From: Octopus sinensis
Taxonomy: Eukaryota
Direction: 5' to 3'
Length of the DNA stretch: 64,000 bases
NCBI RefSeq assembly: GCF_006345805.1
Contig: NC_043002.1
Span: 4,464,001-4,528,000, forward strand
In this document: one piece after another, positions 53,881-64,000 of the stretch
Layout of the letters: the number at the start of each line of letters is the position of its first letter
Numbering within the stretch: position 1 is the first letter of the stretch
Translations under genes and position numbers: made by a program
The notes under the pieces: generated by a model
Seen by the model: the letters and a program-made list of their open reading frames with translations, nothing else
Told to the model about the DNA's origin: nothing
The model's database searches: none

Positions 53881-54226
53881 AACTATTGTAGCAGAGAAGA
53901 TGATAGAGAAAGTGCTATATTCCGAGCAGTGAGCTAGAACTCGAAGTTAAAAGATACGCAGCAAACTCATCTAAACCACACCGCCACACCCAGGAAGAAG
54001 AAAGAAAAAAACTGCGAAATGCCCGAATGACAACAAATGACAGTATATTATTTTTGTTCATTGTTTCATCGAAGCTCACGAAGACAAACGTATCGATTGT
54101 TAAGACAAACATAGGTGTATACAAACAAAATGAACAGATATATACTCAGGTATTCTATACATGTATGAAGAGACTGCTGTATAAAACAGTAAGACAGCGA
54201 CAATGCGTCTTTGAACATACATACAT

Positions 54227-54282
<56 letters not shown>

Positions 54283-54781
54283 GCACACACACACACATGC
54301 ACACACATGCACACACACACACATACACACACACACACACACACACAAACGCTCTTCGGTACATGTCAATATGTCAGTCATGTTGCATGTTGGTGCTTGT
54401 TGGTAGTTTTCTTCTCTCTTTTGAAGGCAGAAAAAAATGACTACCTGCCTGAAAGAGTACCTGTGTGTATGTTTGCGCGCGTGTGTGTGTATGTGTGTGC
54501 ATATGTGTGCATTCATGTGTATGTGTGTATGTATGTGTGCGTGTGTGTGTATGTGTGTGCAGGTGTGTGTATATGTGTGTGTATGTGTGTGTATGCATGT
54601 GTGTGCATGCGTGCGTGTGTGTGCGTGTGTGTTTCTGTGTATTTACGTATATATCTGCGTTCGCACGGACATGAGAATATAAATGCACATGTGTGAGCGT
54701 GAATAGAGACACTACCACACATGCATACATACAATATACACATATGCTGTTTACACACACACATACACAAACATAAATATA

Positions 54782-54870
54782 TTCGGTTGGTGCATAATTA
54801 ATAACCGTTTTATTTTGGTGTCTTATTTCCGAAAAAAAATTAGAATAAAAAATTATCATTTAATATGCAC
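54782..54870 (+). mobile_element. Solitary mariner (Hsmar1/cecropia-like) TIR remnant
   Basis: TA|TTCGGTTGGTGCATAATTAATAACCG resembles TTAGGTTGGTGCAAAAGTAATTGCGG. Confidence 0.5.
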
Positions 54871-54974
54871 CCACCTCTCTCTCTCTGTATATATATATTA
54901 TATTATATATATATATATATATAATATATATATATATATTATATATATATATATATATATACATACATAAGAAG

Positions 54975-55036
<62 letters not shown>

Positions 55037-55040
<4 letters not shown>

Positions 55041-55207
55041 GGTCTCCCATCTCGGGATCTTCCTTCTCTTATGTTTCCGACGAAGAGCTCCGCTCGAAAC
55101 GTTAAACCCTCCTTCTTCCCTTCTTCCTTAGCGTCCAAAAATACTTTATTTGTTCCACGTCCCCGCGTTGTTGTGTTTTTTTTGTGTTTTCTTGTTTGGA
55201 TTAACTA
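55037..55207 (+). mobile_element. Penelope-pLTR-like segment with minimal hammerhead-like motif, between (TA)n tracts
   Basis: GTTT-CCGACGA-A-GAGC-TCC-GCTC-GAAAC-GTT-AAAC at 55073-55107. Confidence 0.55.
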
Positions 55208-55860
55208 TATATATATATAATATATATATATATATAAATTCTGTACGACTCTCTTATTCTTTCTTTCAGCCCCTTCACACTTACTTCGTTCTTTCCCCTT
55301 TTCTTTTTCTCACTCCCCCTCTCTCACATTTCTTGCCCTTCCCTTCATTCTCATCTTCTCTCCTTTTTTTTTACCTCACTCTGTCTCTTTTCTTTTTTCT
55401 TTCTTTCTCGTCCCTTCCTAATCCTTCCATCCCTCTGACCCTACCTCTCTCCTCTCCTTCGGCGTAACTGGTGTTTCGCCAAGCCTGACCTTTCTTTCTT
55501 TGTTCGACTACAATCCGTGCAAAATCTATATCGTTTCCCATGACTTTCATCTCTTATGTCCCTGCCGTAATTCGTCCTTAGTGGAAAGACACCTATTATT
55601 AATGTCCTGTTGTTTGTATTTGCGTACCATTTCTCCGTTTTTTGTTTTCGTCTTTGTTTTCGTATACATTCGCTTACATTCTTCCAAGGAATCTAGTGCT
55701 CTTAGCTTAGATTTTCTTGGAGCCGGCCAGATTGGAGCAGCCTCGAGTGTAACCGGCTGAAACTGTTGAGAAAATCTGGAACTCGACTGAAGATAGAAAA
55801 CTCCGAATCACCCGTCCCTGTTTGTTCCTGTCCTTTTTTGTTTTCTTTTTATATACACAC

Positions 55861-55925
<65 letters not shown>

Positions 55926-56432
55926 TATGATGGCTTCCCCCTCGTTATCGAGTATAGCCATTGCACGAAGCTTAACAGTTATTGGTGCTGTGATCGAATG
56001 TGACTTTTATTTGCTTTTTAAGGCTACAGCCAGCCATTCAGTTGAGACTCACAGCACCATCAACAATCATGAACAATGTTGTTATCGTGCAATAACTGTG
56101 CAAAAAGATTTTTTCAAAGTGAGGAAAGGCTGTGACTGAGTCAATCCCACTAACTAAGCAACAGCAGCCATAATCCGAAAAGAAGAACAAGTCAACATCA
56201 TCGGTAACCACACGCAGATTTTATGTCGGAGTTATCCCAGTTACCTGAGTTGCCTTCTCCTAGAAGGATGCCCTAACAAAGGCTAGGAGTCCTTCACTCC
56301 CAATGGTTTAACCGCGCGATCGGGTATTCAGTACGATAATTTCTATGTCCCCACGCATGATTCAGCCTTAAGCCTTAAGAAAAAAATACACATTTATTGG
56401 CTGGCCGTTGACTCTCAAGAGTGCCTCCACCC

Positions 56433-56466
<34 letters not shown>

Positions 56467-56469
56467 ATA

Positions 56470-56512
<43 letters not shown>

Positions 56513-56677
56513 TTATTTATTATATAGAAGGAGCTTCTACAGGACTAGAACTGTTTCATGTTACTAGAACTGTTACTCTGCTATGTATTGAGTACCTTAT
56601 TTACTGTGGTTAACCCCGGATCAACCCGGGACCTACATATATATATATATATATATATACCTAAATATATACATACA

Positions 56678-56713
<36 letters not shown>

Positions 56714-56745
56714 TATATATATTTTATATATATATAACTATTATC

Positions 56746-56850
56746 GTTAACCTGAAGATTGACTATAATTTTAAATCGAATTTATTTGAATTGAATTTTA
56801 ACTTAATTGTAATTCGAATTTAATTGTAGCCATGAAACGTACGTAGTTTT
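56746..56850 (+). ncRNA. Type I hammerhead-ribozyme-like motif with intact core and long stem II
   Basis: AAC-CTGAAGA (56752-56758), long stem II, GAAAC-GTAC-GTA (56834-56845), then GTT pairing with AAC. Confidence 0.55.
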
Positions 56851-57051
56851 TTTTTTACTTATTATATACTTTTTGAGATCTAGTTATATGTTTTATAAAA
56901 ATATATATTATTTGTTATTTATGTTTTGGTTTATGTCTATCACTGTTTGAGTTGCATAATAGTGGTTTTACCTCTAATCTATATTTTACACACATATATA
57001 TATATATAACAGAAATATGTCTCAAAAAGAAACTAGAAACTACACGTGAAA

Positions 57052-57429
57052 AAGGTATTGGGAAAGTAAAAAGAAAAAAAGTAAAAATCCACATTGGATA
57101 TCAAAAACATAACGGCTTTTCTTAAGGAAAAGTAACGGTAAATATAAACAATTAGATGGACTGAAGTAAAATTAAGAGGAATAAATGAATATTAAAGGGA
57201 TTCAATGTCATACCGGTTTCCTCAATTACTTTTCACTGGCTTTAAATATGCATATATATATAATTGAGGAAAACCGGTATGACATTGAATCCCTTTAATA
57301 ATTCATTTATTCCTCTTAATTTTACTTCAGTTCATCTAATTGTTTATTTACCGTTACTTTTCCTTAAGAAAAGCCGTTATGTTTTTGATATCCAATGTGG
57401 ATTTTTACTTTTTTTCTTTTTACTTTCCC

Positions 57430-57437
<8 letters not shown>
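57052..57437. repeat. Foldback: 177-bp near-identical inverted repeats with a 32-nt spacer
   Basis: 57052-57228 versus 57261-57437, a few substitutions and indels. Confidence 0.93.
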
Positions 57438-57470
<33 letters not shown>

Positions 57471-57564
57471 TATTATATATATATAATATATATATATATA
57501 TTATATAATATATATATAGATATATATATAATATATATACACATATCAATATATACATATTCTT

Positions 57565-57768
57565 TCATTTTTTTATTTGTTCTAATCTGCAGGACCGCCA
57601 TTAGTCGAACAAGTCGACACCAGGACTTATTCTTTGTAAGCTTAGTACTTATTTTATCGTTCTCTTATTGCCGAACCGCTAAGTTACAGGGACATAAACA
57701 CGCCAATATCGGATGTCAAGCGATGGTAGGGTGACAAACACAGACGCATAAACACACACACACACACA

Positions 57769-57812
<44 letters not shown>

Positions 57813-57972
57813 CGATGAGCTTCTATCAGTTTCCGTCTCCCAAGTCCATTCACAAGGCTTTGGTCAGCCCGAGGCTATAGTAGAAGACACATCAGTCCAA
57901 GGTGCCAAGCAGTGGGACTGAACCTGAACCATGTAGTTGTTAAGCAAGCTACTTACCACACAGCCACTCCTG
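57565..57972 (-). mobile_element. SINE family A copy
   Basis: Family motifs. Confidence 0.8.
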
Positions 57973-58486
57973 CGTATATATTTATCTATCTCTCTTACAC
58001 ACACACTACCATACATATACACACATACGCGCGCGCACGTTCAGAAACTTTGATAAAAGTACCATCAAAAGTCCAGCCGTAAGAGAACATTTATGATGAA
58101 TCTATGCGGAACTTGCAGCTCTTGTTATTTAACCATAATTCTCATTTCTACTTATCATCATAAATACATTAGGTTCTGTACCAACAAATTTACACAAGAC
58201 CTAGCAATATTAGGTTTTCCGAAGAGCAAAAGAAACTGACGCGAATTCACTCTATTAGTGACTCAGTGAAGATTTATAAGCCATTCGAAAGATTCTCAGC
58301 TTGAGATTCTTTAGGTGAATAGATACACGTAGGCGGGCAAAGGCATCAAAAGTTCAAGACATACGCCAACTCAACCACATTTACAAAGACCGGGAACTCA
58401 AGGGGAAAAGTTTTATGGCTTTGGTAGTGACCGGCTTGAACACTCAAAAAGAACTTAAATAAAACTTTTAAAAACCCTCACATACA

Positions 58487-58552
<66 letters not shown>

Positions 58553-58553
<1 letters not shown>

Positions 58554-58915
58554 GTTTAGGCGTAGCTGTGTGGTAAAAAAAAGACTTGCTTCTGAACCGC
58601 ATGGTTCTGAGTTCAACCACACTGCATGGCTCCTGGGACAAGTGTCTACTACTATAGCTTCGGACAGACCAAATCCTTGTGAGTGGATTTGGTTGAGAGA
58701 AACTGAAAGAAACCCGTCGTGTGTGTATGTTTGTGTGTGCGTGTGTGTGTGTATGTTTGTGAGTGTGTGTGTGCGCGCGCTCGTGTGAATGTGTGTGTTT
58801 TTATGCCTGTGTTTACGTCCTCGTCACTTAGCAGTTCGGCAAAAGAGACTAATAGAACAATTACCAAGCTTTAAGAAATAAGTCTTGGGATCGATTTGTT
58901 CGACTTAACCCCACC
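58553..58915 (+). mobile_element. SINE family A copy, diverged
   Basis: Family motifs. Confidence 0.75.
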
Positions 58916-59269
58916 AAGGTGAGTGGAGAGAGGGAGAGAAAGAAAGAAAGAAAGAAAGAAAGAAGGAAAAGAAAAGAGACTCACATGCACAAACGTACAT
59001 GCACACGCACACACAGATACACACAGATACACACACATACACACGCACACATACACACACATGCACACACAGTCACATATACACAACGGACACATATATA
59101 TATACACACACACACGTACGAGATACTCCGCAGGATGTGCCATAACGTCTTAGCAAGTCATTCTCCACCGCAAGTTCTCGAAATTCGCAATTCATGTAAT
59201 TCGAACTTGTAACACAGGACAATAAGAATGGAAGAACATGCCGAAAGAGTTAATCCCTGATTTACGATT

Positions 59270-59650
59270 GAAGGGAAAAACGTGCCATGTTCGTGAGAGT
59301 TTTTAGCCTTGTTAAGTAACAGTTTGACATGGATCACATAAGTCTCTTGTGACTTCGCAGATACGAACTGGCCGCTCCTCAGTCCGAGTGACTTGTATCG
59401 AAAGTCCTCATATATCACAGTTCTGACTCTCCACTCCAACACTTGAAGTTCTTTGATGATGGCTCTCGTTGGTTTTCCGGATCATCGTCGATAAAGCTTT
59501 GAATCCGTTTGGATGATTTGCAGTGATCTTATAGTCTCTGAACATTATGAGTGTTTTGTTTTGTCTTTGATGAAATTGAAACATTCCCGCCAGAGGCTTT
59601 TAATTTCAACCGAATTCCGTGAACAAAAGATCTTGCAACATTAAAAAATT
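59270..59650 (-). pseudogene. DD37D (maT-like) transposase N-terminal relic
   Basis: HRDLETTKFFNVARSFVHGIRLKLKASGGNVS...RAIIKELQVLEWRVRTVIYEDFRYKS..RSGQFVS. Confidence 0.65.
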
Positions 59651-60015
59651 TGGTAGTTTCTAAATCTCTGTGGCTTGCGCATGTGCTAGCAATGCATTTT
59701 TTAAATTCATTTCCGTTGTCAGCAGGGTATCTGAAAAAAAAAAATAAAAACCGTCTAATTGGTTTCTAGAAAATAATAGACTGATAATATAGTATCCTGA
59801 AATAACTCTTGCATTCCCTATATTGGAAATCTAATGTTTCATAAAAGAAAAAAAAAGAAACTATTATGGAAATATGGGAGGAATATATGAAAATAAAAAA
59901 AGGTTAAAGTTTAGCTCTTCTCAGTTTCCCACGACTTGTGATTCTATAGCTGACTATACAGACAACATACATAATATACGTATATAAGTATACACATACA
60001 TACATAGACACACTC

Positions 60016-60075
<60 letters not shown>

Positions 60076-60373
60076 ACGTGAATGAGTGTGGTCTTCTGAA
60101 TTTAAATAAAGAAGAAAATAGATACCTCGAAAAGAAGTTGGGTCACGAACGGACTGTCTTTTGGTCATCACGTCTTCTCCATCAGTTTTTACACATTCAA
60201 TTTTTTCACAAAAAGCAGCCCAAATCTCCCTCAAACTCCACCTTGAATACTCTCTTAAATATAGAAGGCTATATTGAGCTGTATCGTCCTTCATATGCAA
60301 CAAAGGCAGGATGAATCACGACTGACAGTCTCTCGTCATTGATTATTACTGTTTATTATCTATAATATACGTG

Positions 60374-60449
<76 letters not shown>

Positions 60450-60859
60450 TAATTGGTAGATTTAATATTCAGTCCCTAAATTCAAATGTTGGTTTGGTCT
60501 TTAATCATTCTGAAATTGCTTGATCCCATACACCAACAAAATATTATTTGTGGACCTGTGACAATATCTGAAATCCATGTCTCCGCGAGGGTAGCGTATG
60601 ATAAATTTAGTAAAACAGCAGACAAAATAGTTTGTTTTAGTTAGGTCTGATGTTCTGCGTTCAAACCTCGCCGAGGGGGGTTTTGGTTTTAGTCTTTCTA
60701 AGTTTCGATGAAATCAAATGCCAATGGAATGATAATGCTAGGATCAAATAATGCAGGGTTACCTTCCTCTTAAAGGTGTGCCTTTGTTTCTTCATTAGTT
60801 GTGAAAATAAACAGATCAACATGCAGACGGATAGGTACATAGGTTATATGAACAGACAA

Positions 60860-61774
60860 AAGGCGGCGAGCTGGCAGACACGTTAGCGCGCCGAGCAAAA
60901 TGATTAGCGGTATTTCGTCTGCCGAAGGCGGCAAACTGGCAGAATCGGTAGCACGCTGGGCGAAATGCTTAGCAGTATTTAGTCTGCCGCTACGTTCTGA
61001 GTTCAAATTCCGCCGAGGTCGACTTTGCCTTTCATCCTTTCGGGGTCGATAAATTAAGTACCAGTTACGCACTGGGGTCGATGTAATCGACTTTATACCT
61101 ATGTCTGTCCTTGTTTGTCCCCTCTGTGTTTAGCCCCTTGTGGGTAGTAAAGAAACAGGTATTTCGTCTGCCGAAGGCGGCAAACTGGCAGAATCGGTAG
61201 CACGCTGGGCGAAATGCTTAGCGGTATTTAGTCTGCCGCTACGTTCTGAGTTCAAATTCCGCCGAGGTCGACTTTGCCTTTCATCCTTTCGGGGTCGATA
61301 AATTAAGTACCAGTTACGCACTGGGGTCGATGTAATCGACTTAATACCTATGTCTGTCCTTGTTTGTCCCCTCTATGTTTAGCCCCTTGTGGGTAATAAA
61401 GAAATAGGTATTTCATCTGCCGTTACGTTCTGAGTTCAAATTCCGCCGAGGTCGACTTTGCCTTTCATCCTTTCGGGGTCGATTAAATAAGTACCAGTTA
61501 CGCACTGGGGTCGATGTTATCGACTTAATCCGTTTGTCTGTCCTTGTTTGTCCCCTCTATGTTTAGCCCCTTGTGGTTAATAGAGAAATAGGTATTTCGT
61601 CTGTCGTTACGTTCTGAGTTCAAATTCCACAGAGGTCGACTTTGCCTTTCATACTTTCGGGGTCGATAAATTAAGTACCAGTTACGCACTGGGGTCGATG
61701 TAATCGACTTAATCCCTTTGTCTATCCTTGTTTGTCCCCTCTATGTTTAGCCCCTTGTGGGCAATAAACAAATG
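60860..61774 (+). mobile_element. Multimeric SINE family B insertion with 15-bp TSD
   Basis: TATATGAACAGACAA at 60845-60859 and 61775-61789; one short head fragment, two headed units and two headless units. Confidence 0.9.
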
Positions 61775-62678
61775 TATATGAACAGACAAGAACACATACG
61801 CAAATGGAGACTGAAACACATGACCATATATATACACAGACATTTTACTGCACACAAGGACACATATTGTGTTCCTATAAATATTTTAGAACGAGTTTAT
61901 GTAATTAGTATGCCTTGTTTTGGATTGTTAGGTGAGACTCGAAGATACTCTTGGGTAAATTCGGTGGACTTAGTATGCAGAAGGTAACCAGTATGGAAAG
62001 TGACCAGTGTCCAGCAAGCTAGAAGTCGAAATTAAATGTTTAAGAAACGCAACAAACTAAGTGCCACGAAACACTTTCTCCGCCACCGATCGACCAGTTC
62101 CGTTAACCCATCAGCGTTGCCCTATTATTTATAATCATTACCATACGCTTTCAGATGTAAGTTTTTTTTTAAAAATTATTCAGGGATTCTTTTTTTTATT
62201 CCTCTTTCTTTTTGTATGAAACTAGTGACTACCAGACGTTACGTCTGCCTTTGTTAACTTTTGGTTCTGGAAATCTTTCAATTTAACCACTTAATTCGTG
62301 CTTAGTACCACAAAAAAGACAAAAAAATGAAAAAAAATGCAAGTAAACAATACAAAAAAAAATCAAAAAACAAGCGCTCAACAAATTACCGAACATTTTT
62401 TTTTCAGTTCAATTATAGTCATATTTTATCTTTGATTCGATTTTGTTTATAAGCGTTTTAAAATTTTTGTTAGTATGTATTTTTTTGTTTTGCAGGGTTT
62501 TTTTTTGCCTTCCCGCTGACAATTAAAAACCGAAGTTTCCCTTTGAAACATGTAGTGACTATTTTTTAAAGGAAGATGTACTTTTTTCTTCTCTACGTAT
62601 ATAGATATATGTGTGCATGTGCATATGTACACAAGAGTGTAATATATATTAAATATAATATATATATATATATATATA

Positions 62679-62729
<51 letters not shown>

Positions 62730-62887
62730 TACATATATACACATATATATGCATATATATATACACATATATATATAATATATATATATATTATATATAA
62801 TACATATATATATACACATATATACACATATATGTAGTATATATATATATGCATGTATATATATATATATATAGATATATATATATA

Positions 62888-62975
<88 letters not shown>

Positions 62976-63097
62976 TATATACATTTACACATATATATGC
63001 ATATATATAACACATATATATATAATATATATATATATATTATATTACATATATATATATACACATATATACACCATATATGTATATATATATATGC

Positions 63098-63135
<38 letters not shown>

Positions 63136-64000
63136 ATTAAATATATATATTTATATACACATATATATATGCATATATATATAATAATATATATATATAA
63201 GTACACACACACTCAACACACTCAACACACACATATATACATATATATATATACTTATATGTAGAGACACATCCATATATACATAAATATATACACGTAT
63301 ATATGTATGATTGTGCATGTACAAATCATTCTCTATTTAAACCCATATTTACGAATATAACTATATACTATACGTAGTATGTATCTATCTTTACACATAT
63401 AAATACACACACTCAAATACACACGCGTGCAAACACATACACATGCACACACACACACACATTTATGATCTTTGCAAAGTAAGCCGGAGTCTAATGGTTC
63501 ATTATTTATATGTGTATTTGTTTGTGTGTGCGTGTGCCTTCGCATGTGCATGAGTGCGCGTCAATTTCTGTGTGTCTATGTGCATGTGTGTGTAATGCCA
63601 AAAACTCTCTGCGGAAACATGTCTTAAAATGTGAAGGTTTCTTTTAAAACTTATTTTTCTCTTTTTCTTCTCAATCTTGTCAAGTTCCTTTAATGCCAAT
63701 TTGGAGTTAGTTTTCTACCGTCGCGTGTGATTTGAAGCCAAGTCTTTAACTGTGGCAAAACCAATTCAATTTACTGTGACAAATATTGTTAAGCTTGTCT
63801 AGGTTTTGTTCTTGTTGTGTCTGTTTTTTTTCTTTCTTTTCCTTGGTTTGTTATTTTGATGCTTCGGTTGGGTGAGAATGGTGGTAGGCTGAGATAACAC
63901 AATTTATGGCAAAAATTTTGCTTATAGTGTAAACTTAGAAAGGAAAAAAGTATTAATAAAATCAACACTCTATAAAGATTTTTCCACCATCTACACATGC

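Overview
AT-rich animal intronic or intergenic DNA. The repeat families and microsatellite load suggest an octopus (coleoid cephalopod) genome; this is inferred from remembered repeat families, not from a search. No intact host protein-coding gene can be supported, and nearly all listed ORFs are translations of microsatellites. The window contains very long simple repeats, a 3.57-kb array of a 31-bp unit (no spacers, so not CRISPR) and at least five tRNA-derived SINE families. It also holds relics of R4/Dong LINEs, a Gypsy integrase, mariner, Tc1 and maT transposases, and Helitrons. The most unusual signal is a set of sequence-unrelated type I hammerhead-ribozyme-like motifs (about 1.2, 35.3, 43.0, 55.1, 56.8 and 57.2 kb). 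Most lie beside (TA)n tracts and several are tied to inverted partial terminal repeats, the architecture of Penelope-like pseudo-LTRs and retrozymes. One of them sits in a small element with a tRNA-derived Pol III head, a candidate ribozyme-bearing SINE. Other notable items are a perfect 89-bp-arm hairpin at the symmetry centre of a convergent SINE cluster, a multimeric SINE flanked by a single 15-bp TSD, and an initiator-tRNA-Met-derived SINE lacking the anticodon arm. All calls were made by eye and protein-family calls rest on remembered motifs.
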